NCBI GenBank assembly: GCA_964016885.1
Contig: OZ024746.1
Coordinates: 75,082,001-75,146,000 of the forward strand
DNA from: Eledone cirrhosa
Taxonomy: Eukaryota
Length of the DNA stretch: 64,000 nt
Direction: 5' to 3'
How positions within the stretch are numbered: the stretch's first letter is position 1; each line of letters opens with the position of its first letter. This document shows, piece by piece, positions 13,988-27,418 of the stretch. Below the pieces are notes generated by a model that was not told the origin of the DNA, searched no databases, and saw only the letters and a list, made by a program, of their open reading frames with translations. The position numbers were made by a program, and so were the translations under genes.

Positions 13988-14254
13988 ATTAGACAACCAT
14001 GCAGAACAACTCCATCGCAGCTCTGTTGTTCGGCTGGCATCGTCTACGCGCGTGTTGCGCAAGTACTGTGAAACAATAAATTTCAACACTTCTTTGCACA
14101 GAGATAATATCCATAGGCGAAACTACAATTGTCACTGCTGGCGCAGCTCCTGCTTCAGCAGTCCAGGTCTGCAATTCATTCACCCAGTGCCTGGCAGACA
14201 AAAAGGTGGTGCCATAAAATGGGTGGTGCAACCTAACTTTGGTAACTTACTGAC

Positions 14255-14283
14255 CCCGAGCAACGCCGGGCTTTAATGCTAGT
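14255..14283 (+). mobile_element. Helitron 3' terminus (5' end not defined)
   Basis: GC hairpin cccgagcaacgccggg, 8 nt upstream of CTAG|T. Confidence 0.6.
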
Positions 14284-14284
14284 A

Positions 14285-14334
14285 TATAATAAAATAATTA
14301 TGGTTTTATAAATATAGTTTCCATTTATTAATAT

Positions 14335-14371
<37 letters not shown>

Positions 14372-14665
14372 ATGATATTAATAAATGGAAACTATATTTA
14401 TAAAACCATATTTATTTTATTATATATATTTCAAGGGTACGCCCTCATCAGATAAAATACAAAATTTGTTTTATAAATGGTGACATACCCCCAAAACCAG
14501 ACCTTATCGGTTCAGGTTCAGTTTGAATATCCAAACTGATCCTAAACCGATAAGGTCTGGTTTCTTGGGTATATCTGATGAGTGCGTACCAAAATGTTGG
14601 TACCCTTGAAATATATATAATAAAATAAATATGGTTTTATAAATATAGTTTCCATTTATTAATAT
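14285..14665. repeat. Nested inverted repeats around (TA)n (related copy at 37389-37570)
   Basis: Mirror arms ataataaaataa..tggttttataaatatagtttccatttattaata; degenerate CTGATGA motifs. Confidence 0.7.
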
Positions 14666-14724
14666 TAGTGATATTATACTCCAGAAAAACTGTAGAGTGC
14701 TTCGAATCTGTTGCGAATGTGATA

Positions 14725-15090
14725 CATATGAATGAAAAATAGAGCAAGAAACCAGGACTATCCGTCATCAGTGATCTGCTGACTATCATCGATATTAAAG
14801 ATCAGATACCTCAAAGTCAGTGCGAGCAATAATTGATTTGCTAGAACTTAAGTTCACATGTATCATTGGCTTGTTTTCTCATTTTCCTCTCTTTACGTTG
14901 CCTTACCATTTTTGTTTGTTTACATGTCTCTCTTTCTCCATCCAATTCTTTTTATCCCAATAACTTATTTTAGTTATTGCTCGCACTGACTTGAGGTATC
15001 TAGTCTTTAATGCGAAGAAATACCGATGATAGTCAGAAGATCACTGATGACGGATAGTCCTGGTTTCTTGCTCTATTTTTCATTCATATA
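14725..15090. repeat. Inverted-repeat element
   Basis: 14725-14832 mirrors 14974-15090. Confidence 0.75.
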
Positions 15091-16000
15091 CATATATGTA
15101 CATATATACGTATACATAATTTATTTACATCAAATTTACAAGAAGAAGAAGTGGATTCTTCAACGTCGGTTGGTTTGACTTTTCTTGTGTTATAAATATT
15201 ATATCACTTCAACAGACCATGATATATGTCACATTCCGCAGTCACAATTGGAATAATCTCTTGGTTTTAAAATCGTTGCTGGCAATGCTGAGGATGAGAG
15301 ACGTACCACACGTCTCTCTCTCTCTCTCTAGCTACTCCAAGTTGAGGGATACATCGACATTAAATTGTTGGCTATCCTGACTTCTCGGCTACTTATTCTT
15401 CCTGACCAGCAATACCTTCTTTAACACATTTGAGTTTATTCATATTAACACTGCATTGTGATTCCAACGTGAATTAAAATATTAGAAATTATTCAGCTAT
15501 TGATAAATATCCACATTAATAACTTATTTGACTTTAGCTAAAATTATTTTAAATAAATGTAATCAATATTGTTATAGCAATAAATATTTTAAACAACTGG
15601 GGAACATTTTCACTCAATCTGCCACCACCTTCATATATATCAAACCTATTTGATATTATTTTATCAAGCGTAGTGGGTCGGACGCCATGCTTTGACGTAT
15701 AGATTTACGGCGCTTGCCATTCTGAGTTCAAATCCCGCCGAGGTTAACTTTGCCTTTCATCCTTGCGGGGTCGATACAATATAGTACCAGTAATGCCCGG
15801 GGTAATTGCTGGCCTTGTGCCAAAAGTAGAAACAATTATTTTATCAAGCGTAGCTGTATGGTTAAGTTGTTCACTTCATAGCCATGGGATCTCTGGCTCG
15901 CGTGTGCTGTGTGTTTTATCCTCTAGGTTTGACCAATGCCGTGTGAGTGAAGTTTGATAAACGAAAACTACAGAAGCCTATCATGTACACACACACACAC

Positions 16001-16077
<77 letters not shown>

Positions 16078-16189
16078 CGTGTGTGTGGGTGCGTGTGTGT
16101 GTGCGCGTGCGTGTGTGTGTGTGCGTGCGTGTGTGTGTGTGTGTGTGTGTGCGTGTGTGTAAGGGTGTAGGTCGGTTTGTGTGTGCGCG

Positions 16190-17995
16190 TGTGGATGAGG
16201 AGGGGTCAGAGGGATGGGGGAGGAGGGGAGAGGATTCCGGAGGCTGAGTGTGTATATATGTGGGGGTACGCACGTGTGTGTGGTGTTTATACGTATTGTA
16301 GATGTAGGTGGCGTGGTTCGAAAAAAAATGTTTGTGAGTGTATGTCCGTGGGTAAGTTCCTAAGGTAGTTCCGTAGAAGGTGTAGTGAGCTGCCGGATAT
16401 TTTCCTTGTGATGGACTTGATGGTGGGAACGATGGCCAATGGTGTGTAATCCGTGGTTGTGTTGGTCGGAAGAGGGGAGATGTGGGGTGCGCGCGCAACA
16501 GGAAGTGGTCAGAGGGTAAAGGCAGGTGGAGGGTAGAGGAGAATGACAGGTGGAGAGGGCTGTGTGTCTGTGTGTGCGGAGATGTCGTCAGAGGGTCAAG
16601 GCATAGCAGCAGTAGAGGAGAATGGCAGGTGGAGAAAGTCAGTGTGTCAGTGTGTGCGGAGAACAGGGGTGAGGATGGGTAGGTGTGAAAGGTGGAGTGA
16701 GGAGGGGGTCGCGCGGGGGAACGGGGTGTGTATTAGTAGAGGTGTTAGTGGGATGTGTGTGTGTGTGTGTGTGAAGGGGTGTGGGTGGAGCAGGGAGAGG
16801 GATAGATAGGTGTGGGGGACGGTGAGGGAGTGTAGTGTACTGGTGTGTGTGTGTGGTGAAGGGGGTGTTAGTGGAAGTCCATAGACTACTGGTGGTGGGG
16901 AAAGGGTTTAATGCGGGTGTCTTAGTGAGGGTCAGTGGTGGTAGGGTGTGTAGAGTGATGGTGTAAGTGGGTGTGGAGGGGGGGGTTGTGTGCGTGGGGT
17001 CGGGGGATAATAGTGGTATTAGTTGTGGGGTGGTGGGAGTGGATGTGTGGGTGAGGGTTAGTGGTGGTAGTAGGGTGTGTCGATAGTGTGAGTACGTGTA
17101 TATATGTACCGGTGGGTGTGTGCGTGATAAGGGGAGGGGGATGTTAGTATTATTAGTTGGGGGTGGGGGGTTAGTATTGTTAGTTGTGGGGTGGGCGGTG
17201 AAAAGGAGGAGTGTGTTAGTGGTGTTAGTGGGGGATATGGGGGGGAAAGGCGGTCGAAGGCTAAAGGAATAGGCTGGGGAGTTCAAGCCGGGGGGAGTGT
17301 GGGTCTGTAGGGTGAAGATGGTGCGTTGTTCGACCCTGAGACGGGTGGCGGGTGTTCCGTGGCATTAGAGTAGGCCACAGACTGTTAGGTGGTGCGCGGA
17401 ATGTCCAGGGGAGCCAAAATGGCTGGCGATGGGGGAACTCCCGCCGAGACGAATATCCCGAAGGTGTTCGGTGAAACGGTCCGCCAGGCGACGTCCAGTC
17501 TGTCCGACGTAGATTGCGCTGAACTCCGTGCAGCGAAGTCCATAGACTAGATTGGAGGAGGTGCAGCGGAAGGCGTGCCGGACAGAGAGAGAGTGGCCGT
17601 TGGGACCCTGGAAGGTGGTGGTGTTGGTGATGTGGGGGCAGGTGTTGCAACGAGGCCTGGAACAGGAAAGGGAGCCGGGGGGTTGGGGGTAGGGAGCTGC
17701 GGACGAGGAGGGTGCGGAGATTGCGTGCGCGTTTGAAGGAGGGGAGTGGTGGGGATGGGAAAATATGGGAGGTGGAGGGGTCGGACTGGAGGCGTCGGAA
17801 GAGGCGGAGGATGGTGCAGTGGAGGGGTAGGGTGGAGGGGTGGTAGGTGATGGGGAAGGGGAGACGGTGGGTGGGTGTGCGGTGGTGTGGGGTGAGGGTA
17901 GTGGAGCGGTGGACAGCACGGGCGCGAGTGAGGACGAGGGGGGAGGGAGAGGGTAACCTCTGCGGATGAAATGGCTGACTAGGGAAAGGGCCTGG

Positions 17996-17996
<1 letters not shown>
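16190..17996 (-). mobile_element. Neptune-like PLE fragment (GIY-YIG region and very G-rich 3' region), abutting (TA)n
   Basis: CSRPRCNTCPHI...FRCTSSNLVYGLRC...IYVGQTGRRLADRFTEHLRDI at ~17270-17670; frameshifted upstream thumb and linker residues (HFIRRGYP). Confidence 0.8.
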
Positions 17997-18076
<80 letters not shown>

Positions 18077-19094
18077 CAATATCGGAGAAAGCTTTTTAGC
18101 GATACTCCGGCCAAATTCCAACTCACTCAACAAACATTAAGAAATAAGTGATTATATTCCCAATTATGCGTTCGGGGTGCTAACTAAAAGTATTGCGTGG
18201 AAAATTGGCTGTATTATTTCATATGAGATATATCGAATATATCTCTTCTCAGACGGACGTCTCGTTTCATTATAGGATTCCTACAGTTTGGGTTAAATTA
18301 TACCAATTTATGTAGGAGCTTGTATAGCATCAATAGATGTATATTCAAGTGGGCTCCTATAATTCATCAGTGGGTGCCCCAATAATACTAATATTGTTAA
18401 TCTAACCAACATCAGTATTTAGCGATAACCATCATCTGTGCCTGGGGTATCTATCAGGTTGCCAGTCCAGCAGTTCTAAAGAAATGCTTAAACTGATTCA
18501 AAAATGAGGAAGTAAATTACCGCAAAAAAAACAATACATGCGCATGGCAATGAACTCTAAAAGGAATTCAGGCCACGTGCTAAGAACTCAATTGGAAATT
18601 GAAAAATATCTATGTGTGTACAAAATTTGATGACACACACAGATATTTTCTCGGGCAAAATAACAGAATGAGATATAAGGAACAATCAATATTCATATAT
18701 AAAAAATAAACACAGAAATTCTAACCTGATACTGGGAAAATTTCAATTCTGCTGCGCCAAGAGTAAATAAATAAATACAATATCGGAGAAAGCTTTTTAG
18801 CGATACTCCGGCCAAATTCCAACTCACGAATATATATATATATTCGTGTACCCTTCACCAGCTTGACCTCTTTTCATCCCCAAAGTATTCTTTTCATTCA
18901 AAGTATTTTTTCCATTCAAAACTTAAGCCTGCATTCCTCTACCCATAAATTAAATTTCTACTACTACTATTCTATCAACTTGACATCTTACTACTTTTCT
19001 ATTGGTCAATTCAAAACCTGTTCCCAAACAGACCTATTATATTTAATCTTTGTTGTTTTTTTTTCAATAAACAAATATCATTATTTCTGTAATG

Positions 19095-19480
19095 ACAGTA
19101 GCGGTAGAGGGTCGGTCGCCATGCTTTGACGCATAGAGTTACGGCCCTTGCCATTCTGAGTTCAAATCCCTCCGAGGTTAACTTTGCCTTTCATCCTTAC
19201 GGGGTCGATAAAATAAAGTACCAGTAATGTACAGGGTAATTGCTGGCCTTGTGCCTAAATGTAGAAACAATTATTTATGTAATGTACAGGCGGTGGATTG
19301 GCAGTATCGGTAGAGGGTTGGACGCCATGCTTTGACGCATAGAGTTACGCTCCTTGCCATTCTGAGTTCAAATCCCGCCGAGGTTTACTTTGCCTTTCAT
19401 CCTTACGGGGTCGATAAAATAAAGTACCAGTAATGTACTGTGTAATTGCTGGCCTTGTGCCAAAAGTAGAAACAATTATT
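19095..19480 (+). mobile_element. Two tandem tRNA-headed SINEs with Nin/Deu-type core. Other copies at ~2080-2185, 4047-4150, 15670-15840, 23607-23797(-), 25600-25797(-), 34360-34777(-, two), 46270-46450(-), 46830-46965(-), 50680-50870(-), 53940-54060, 56667-56838
   Basis: B-box gagttcaaatccc followed by the core gcctttcatccttacggggtcgataaaataaagtaccag. Confidence 0.8.
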
Positions 19481-19519
19481 TCTGTAATGTACTGGGTAAT
19501 TGTGCCAAAAGTGGAAACA

Positions 19520-19651
19520 ATTATTTCTGAAGACAGCATATATATGTGAAGGTATGTATATTTCCTCTGATAGTTTGTAAAATTTTTACATAGATCTATA
19601 TGATATACATACCAACACACATATATATCCTAGAAACGATCGTAAAATGAT
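19520..19651 (+). ncRNA. Type I hammerhead ribozyme, long stem II (copy of 4191-4322)
   Basis: Same motif inside duplicated block B. Confidence 0.6.
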
Positions 19652-19701
19652 GAATTTTTTAATAGAAGGAACTTGTTCTTTGTTTTTATTCATTGTTTTT
19701 A

Positions 19702-19769
<68 letters not shown>

Positions 19770-21315
19770 TGCACACATATATATATATATATAAATACGT
19801 ACACACAATTCATATATAATATATATGTAAATATATACGTCATTTATTTATCTTTATTATGAATAACTACCCCCATTTCATACATTAACCACAGAATGAG
19901 GTAAATTATTCTTGGTAACAATAATGTGAACACTTGCGGAGATCGAATCACACATCTGCCGAATACCGGGCGACTGCGGTAAACTTTACACTAAAGTGAC
20001 CTGGCTAACCTTTCAACGTCTAATTAAAAGTCTTAGCAGATGACTAGAAGTGAAAGCAAACCAATAAGTTTACGAATTAAAAGATTTATTAACGACAACC
20101 AAAATAACACACGAAATCATATATGCAGCTTTAAGACATTTTTATTTATTTTTATATATTTTTTCAGAAAAATGCAATTCTAATCATTACTACTTCGAAG
20201 TCTGTATTAGGTGATCCTTGGTGAAATCAAAAACCATTTCTGAAATATGAAAAATATATCAAAGATTAAACATGTGTCTTCAAGATAATTTGATGTATCT
20301 ATTATCTGAAGTAAAACAATTTCTTTCATATATCCATTGCATATTCTTTTACTGGGGTACAGTGTAAGATTATGAAACAGATTAGTGCAGTAAGTGACAT
20401 GAATTTCAATCCGTTCAGACTTGAATCAGGTAAAGATATTACTTCTTGCTTGCCGTTTTTGTGTCCTTTTAATATAAATATCGTAACATGAGATGCATTC
20501 ATCATAAATGTATGCCTGGTACATAATCGACACAGGACAAATGAAAGAGAAATTAAAATGTAGGTGCATGGGAAATCAGGATCCCAATTGATTAGAATAC
20601 AAAACCTCAGAATTTATATAAGTACACTACCTTTTCCAGCAGATACATTCACTTTTATAGAAAAAGAGAAAATATGAAGAAAATTGTAAAGATAGCTTAA
20701 GAGGCTGAATGATCATTAAGTTATTCTTTCCTTAGAAATATTTCAATCAGCATTTTAAAGTTACTTAACTCGACGGTAGGTGATCTCCGAATTGCACTCG
20801 ATAGGTTTGATGCCGAGTGCTGCATGGCTGAAACGAACATCAGTGTTGCCATAACTATATATTAATGGTCTAAATCTATATGTTAATGGTCTCGCTCGGG
20901 GAACCAGCTAGATCAGTTGGAGACGGTTGTTTCTGACAGGGCCCACTGGAAGAAGTGTTTGAAGACTCTACTCACACGGCCTTCTCAAGAAGAAGAAGAA
21001 GAAGAAGAAGAAGAAGAAGAAGAAGAAGAAGAAGAAGAAGAAGAAGAAGAAGAAGAAGAAGAAGAAGAAGAAGAAGAAGAAGAAGAAGAAGATTATTACT
21101 CTGATAACCTGAGGAAAACCGAACTGTCAAAGTTTCTATTTTGACCTCATTTAAAAGTTGAAAGAACTTTTTAATTTTTCTAATTTGAAACATTTTCTCA
21201 GTTTTCTTTTACTGTTGGTGAAACGTGAATCTAGAACTTTTCACTTTTCATACTTGGAAATTTAGATTTAATAAAAAAAAAAAATGTCATAAAATGAATT
21301 TAAAAATTAATCACA

Positions 21316-21494
21316 TTAGTTCCTGCAATCTGATCTAGATTGTTCAGTACATCTTTGCTCTCGGACGTTAAAGTAAAGACCGAATTGGCATGGCATGGAC
21401 GGGAATGATGTTCGGTTGTAGCAAGGAATATATCTTGTGCAATCATTGGGGTCACGGTTACTTCCGAATGGGAATTGGTTACAGAGAGGATCAT
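21316..21494 (-). CDS. CBM14 paralog 2, coding exon 2; full protein 151 aa
   Basis: Acceptor ttccttttcag|AT. Reads DPLCNQFPFGSNRDPNDCTRYIPCYNRTSFPSMPCQFGLYFNVREQRCTEQSRSDCRN*. Confidence 0.92.
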
Positions 21495-22073
21495 CTGAAA
21501 AGGAAATATTTTAATGTTAATAAATGCACAGTCAATCATACAGTTATTACTTCATCATACACATTTAGCTTTAATGTGATTATCCCAACCCTGAAATACT
21601 ATTTTTCTTTCTTCTGTTAGAGTATATATTCATATATATTTATAATTCTAGGTTATTTTTTATTGTACTATTCTGTCTTTAGGTGAGAATAAGTTTATGT
21701 CTAACAGTTTGCATACTTATATAAACTAGGAATGGTTATCAATACTTATATTATGTATCACCCGTATTTTTATAAAATAATGGAAGGGTAATTATATGAT
21801 TATGAACACTTTACAAATTTTGATATAATTCGGAAATATTAATGTGTACACTTATGAATTGAATACTTCGATGTTGTATTTATCCTGTTTCATACATTTG
21901 ATATGTTGCCTTTACGGAATTTATATACGCTTGTGTTTGTCTTGAATAATTTTTATTTGTGTCTATTACACAGGGTTTTTCATTCTATTAGATTTTAACG
22001 TTTGTGAGTCTATTCTCAGACGGAAATATTTGAAACATATATATATATATAAATAAAGATATATATATATATA

Positions 22074-22290
22074 TTAGAAAATAGAATAGTATTCACTGTA
22101 TTTTTTTACTAAATAAATTTTAGTCTGATAATGGGGTTTAGAACCCTCAGTTAAATGGAAAAAGATGAGTATTGACGTACATGTACGTCAATACTCATCT
22201 TTTTCCATTTAACTGAGGGTTCTAAACCCCATTATCAGACTAAAATTTATTTAGTAAAAAAATACTGTGAAAGCTATTCTATTTCCTAAT
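22074..22290. repeat. Palindrome between (TA)n tracts in the paralog 2 intron
   Basis: Centre gacgtacatgtacgtc at ~22180. Confidence 0.85.
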
Positions 22291-22374
22291 TTCAAACCTG
22301 CTCACTGTTTCAAAATATATTTACTATATATATATATATATGTGTGAGTGTGTGTGTGTGTGTGTGTGTGTATG

Positions 22375-22411
<37 letters not shown>

Positions 22412-23151
22412 CTTCCCTCATACCTCACCCAACATGAAATTTAAGTAAAGGAATACAACAAACTCAAAGAAACTAATAACCACTACCCAAATACAACTAC
22501 ACACAGCTGCAAACACACAGCGTTTAACGTAATTATTTAATCATCTAAAATAACCATTTAAACATTATATCATAGCTACACAACCAAACAAATAATTGTA
22601 GACAAAATGCAAAAATAAAAAATAAGAAATGAATTCATTCAATATATTATACCTTTCAAAACAAAATAGTATGCCTGTATAAAACAATTTAAAAAGGAAA
22701 AACATTCTAGTCACTTCTTAATTAAAACCTTAGCTATATTAATCCTCTACGAACTAATCCTCTCATTTCAGAAAATTGTATAAAATGCATGAATACTGAA
22801 AATAAGCATGGAAAACGATTAATTTGTAGATTTCTCAGTCTGAATGTCAAATATAAATTTTGTGGGGAGCTACGTTCACCCATTTCAAAATTCCTTATAC
22901 ATGTAGACAGAAGTTTTCTGCTTATGATCTTTGATTTAAAAACATTTCTTTGTATTACTGTTAGTTGCTCACAATAAAAGTAGAGGTTCATAATGGAATA
23001 TCACATTCCATTTTAATTGACTCCAGCATGTGACCGGCACATTTCAATCTGCGAAATGATGAAAAGGCAAGTAGGCCTAGGTAAGATGTGAACTCAAACA
23101 GAAAGGGAAGTCGTAAAGTAAAAACAAATGTTGAGAGGCACCTGGGGCGGA

Positions 23152-23207
<56 letters not shown>

Positions 23208-23848
23208 CGTGTGTGTGTGTTTGTGAGAGGAGAGAGTGGGGAGAGAGACGGAGAGTAGCTTCTTGACTATTAATAGGGTAGATAAAGATAGAAGGAAAAT
23301 TAAATATGAAGATGTGGAAAGTCTGGAAAATTGTTTCTGACATGAAGACTATCGTTTCACAGCTTGATACTCTAAAAATGATTTCTAACACAAGTACAAG
23401 GCAACACATTTTTGGAGAGGTATATAACCGATTAAATCGACTATAGTATTTGATTAATGCCTGTGTTATCGATCCGGGATTGAGAAAAGGCAAAGTTGAC
23501 TTCGGCAAGATTTGATCTTAGAGAGTAAAGAGTGGTAATTAAATAATGCAAGAATATTTTGGCAAAAACTTTGATGACCCTCTCGAATAAATTTTGAAGA
23601 CATAATAATAATTGTTTCTACTTTAGGCACAAGGCCAGCAATTACCCAGTGCATTACTGGTACTTTATTTTATCGACCCCGTAAGGATGAAAGGCAAAGT
23701 CAACCTCGGCGGGATTTGAACTCAGATCGTAAAGGGAGGTAACTATGCTGGAAAGCATGGCGTCTGACCCTCTACCGATACTGCCAATCCACCACCCTTG
23801 AAGACATAATAATGAAGACATAATAATAATGTTATTCAAGAAACTTAC

Positions 23849-24125
23849 TGTATTTTCCTCCATAGATTTGGCGTTTGCAATCATCATATTCACTGTTTGG
23901 TGTAACACAAACTTGTTGTGACTGTGAAAACACAGTACCCCTACCGCAAGCCATTGGCCTTGGAAACACGGGGTTACATAAATAGTATTCACTGCAATTT
24001 CTTGGTGATCGCATAAAAGATGATCCAGGTCTTATATCAATAGTTCTACACAGAGTCATGATATCTTGACTATAGACTGCTGTCACTGCAAGAAACAGAA
24101 CGAAGGCTGCAACACGAAACTCCAT
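23849..24125 (-). CDS. CBM14 paralog 2, coding exon 1
   Basis: ATG at 24125, MEFRVAAFVLFLAVTAVYSQDIMTLC...IYGGKY. 15 of 92 aa differ from paralog 1. Same phase-1 GTAAGT donor at 23848. Confidence 0.92.
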
Positions 24126-24243
24126 CTTTGTTAGTTTTTTTATCAATTTTCGAATTAAAGTTAATTCAAATTACTTGCAATGAATCTATCACGATTCAGT
24201 TGTAACCTTGGTATGTGTGACTCTGATGTTTCAAAGTAACCTT

Positions 24244-24251
24244 TTTATATA
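24244..24251 (-). promoter_or_regulatory. TATA box of CBM14 paralog 2
   Basis: TATATAAA about 120 bp upstream of the ATG, in a 5' region that aligns with paralog 1. Confidence 0.6.
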
Positions 24252-25905
24252 GATTAACAACAGTGTTGAGGTAGGGTTTGGGTTAAGGGAAATGGCAATT
24301 CGTCAAGTGACTCAGAATTTGGTCTCTATTCTTTAAGCTAAGCGACTTCCACCGGAACAACCTCGTTAGACAACCTTCTTCTTCTTCTTCTTCTTCTTCT
24401 TCTTCTATACATATCATCACACATATATACAACATACATAAATACATACATACAGACATACATATATATACACACTCACACATAGATACATTCATACATA
24501 CATACATACATACATATATATATATCATACATATATACATCATACTTATATACATCATATATATACACATCATGCATATATACAACATAAATATATAAAA
24601 CATATATACGTGCATATGTCTGCTTGTATGTACACATGTATGTATGTATATGAACAAACAAATAAACGTATATACTGTATACGTTTATTGATTTACAACA
24701 CCCACAAAATCCGTTTTACATATGAAAATTTGAATTTGTATGCAGAACATCCTTGCACATGCATGAAAACAAACAGATAAATAGACCTACACAAATTCAG
24801 TTTAAAAAAAAACAGTTGGAAACATATTTACGAACACATACAGAGAAGTAGACATAGATAAACATCAAATCAAAACACTGAAAAGAACACCTTATTAACA
24901 TAAAATATATATATAAACATATAAAGTTAAATCCTAAGAAAAGCACGCCATCTTTAAATAATTCGAAAGACGTATATTTACATCAACAGGATGTCTTTTT
25001 GGTTGCTTATCACGTTTTCCTATTATAATTCACTCCTGTAAGCCTAACATTCTAATCGGGATGGGTAATTAAAAGAAACAGAAGAGGAGAGGAGAATGTA
25101 TTTGATTGATTGTTTCTTTCTTTCTTTAATTTGTGTAATTCTTGGATTTTGTAATCCAAGCTGAGACTGAAAAATCTGTATATTATTGTGACAAAGAAAA
25201 TTAGTCTTAAATTAATAAATTGAATATCAGTGTTACCGATAATATATATCAACATATATCAACATATATATACAGTCGATCGACTTTCGTCAAATCGGAC
25301 CAAGGGAATAATGTTTCCGTTGGTCTTTCCAAATGCTAGTACTATCTATCGGTCGCAAGTCCAGGTAGAAGGAGCAACGTGAAATTATATGTCTTGCTCA
25401 AGGACATAACGCATCGCTCGGTCCATGAACTCACAACTTCATGATTGCGAATCCAATTCTCTAACCACTCGGCCACACGCCTTCACATATATCAACATAT
25501 AACAGGAAAATATGCGTTAACATTGAATATAGGCGAGCATTGGAAGTTAATTTTCTTAAGACTTAGAGGAATTTCAGCAGCACCCATAATGATTTCTACT
25601 ATAGTCACAAGGCCAGCAATTTTGGCGGGAGACGAAAGTCGATTAAATCGACCCAATGCATTACTGGTGCTTTATTTTGTCGACGCCGTAAGGATGAAAG
25701 GTAAAGCTAAACTCGGCGGAATTTGAGCATAAAGGGACGTAACTATGCCGCAAAGCATTGTGTCCGACGCTCTACCGATTCTGACAATCCACCGTCCTAA
25801 AAATGAATATATTTGTAAGACGCTTTATCAATAGACCTTGACCGAGATTGAACACCCGATGATCTTCACCATCTCTAATACCTACCACTTGGCCACCGAG
25901 ACAAT

Positions 25906-26062
<157 letters not shown>

Positions 26063-26630
26063 TATCTATACCTATTGTCTCGGTGGCCAAGTGGTAGGTA
26101 TATATATATATATTTTTTCTAATAGCCATCTTTTCACCCCTTGATAATTTGTGTGTGAGACACGTTGGCTGAGCGCTTCTGACAGGAACTAATAGATTGA
26201 TTTTTTTAGCTTCCCGTCCCACGTCAAATTTATAAATCAGTGGCTAGTTGAGAGATAGAGTCCTATCGGGTGCCAGTTAATCGCTTTACCGTGTCGGTTG
26301 TCACAAACAGTCATGACCGGCATGGGCCGGTATTTGGATTATGTCGATCGATTGGTTATTGATTAGGCGATACCCGCTGATGAAGCCGCATAAGCCAATT
26401 GTGCATTGTTGCATAATATATGCAGACAGATGGTGCAGTGCACCTTACTGCTGCATTAGTGCTGCAGAAACTCGAGTCCGGGAACCTTATAGGCACCTGT
26501 TTAACGTGTGTTGTGTTGAGGCAAATAACTATGTGTATACTCTGGTAATGCATCTTACATTGTCCATTGAGTGCGCTGAGATACAACCGGTACTGGCATT
26601 GATAAATATGCTGGGTCCGTCAACCCTTAT

Positions 26631-26709
<79 letters not shown>

Positions 26710-26714
<5 letters not shown>

Positions 26715-27034
26715 TTGCAATTCTTTATATGAAATCGTGTGTCGAATCAAATATTGTTATACTTGGGGAGGGTCATATTGTTATAATATTGCCAGAAATA
26801 ATACCAGAATACACTCACTGTTTGGTTTGGGTTGGTTTTCGCTTCTGTATCTTTTATATCGCCATAGTTAATTTATCTGGCAATCAATGTTTATCATTGA
26901 TTGACCAACAGTTAGAAATACAGATATAAATATATATATAGTCTATCAAAGTTCTTTCGTCACACATCTGTGACATCATCAGTGGTACTATTATGTTTCC
27001 TCCCGTTGTATTGTAATGCCTACGCCATTTTGAT

Positions 27035-27066
<32 letters not shown>

Positions 27067-27363
27067 TTCTTGCCTCTGTCTCTGTTTGCGCATGCGTTTG
27101 CTTGTGTGTTCCATGTTTGCTGTGTGTGTTCGTGTTTCAGTATATGTGTTTTTGTTTTTTGTATTCTATCTTTGTTCACTGGTGTGTATTTATATGTGTT
27201 TGTTGTTATTGTACTTGTGTATATATTACTTTATTTATATTTCCCTTATGTCAGCATTGTTTGTTTAGGTATGATTGTTGTTATTCCATTCGTTGTTTCT
27301 GTTTAACTTAGGTTTTCTTAGTTCTATCTCAGTTGCTTCTCTGATTTGCCTACCTGACCTAAG

Positions 27364-27365
<2 letters not shown>
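26710..27365 (-). mobile_element. Related PLE family 3' end, with hammerhead at 26944-26987
   Basis: Shares attgttatacttggggagggtcat and CTGATGA-t-gtcaca..tgtgac-GAAA-gaac with the family above; flanked by (TA)n. A shorter fragment lies at 37684-37830. Confidence 0.7.

Positions 27366-27418
<53 letters not shown>

Larger units (their letters stand above)
19378..22017. repeat. Near-identical duplicated block, copy B (exon 2 plus 3' flank of paralog 2)
   Basis: Aligns by eye to 4047-6889. The (GAA)n tract is expanded at 20988-21091. Confidence 0.9.

Noticed and set aside
13635-14276. 213-aa ORF
   Set aside because: It runs through tandem repeats and a Helitron-like end, starts at GTG and has no recognisable domain.
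16639-17286. Pro/Thr/His-rich mucin-like ORF
   Set aside because: It lies in the low-complexity 3' region of a PLE, with no signal peptide or splice support. It is not a mucin exon of the CBM14 genes.
19095-19530. CRISPR-like repeat appearance
   Set aside because: Tandem SINE copies with duplicated tails; there is no repeat-spacer regularity and the context is eukaryotic.
20917-21193. Poly-Glu and poly-Leu ORFs
   Set aside because: Expanded (GAA)n tail of an RTE fragment; the duplicate copy has only about 6 units.
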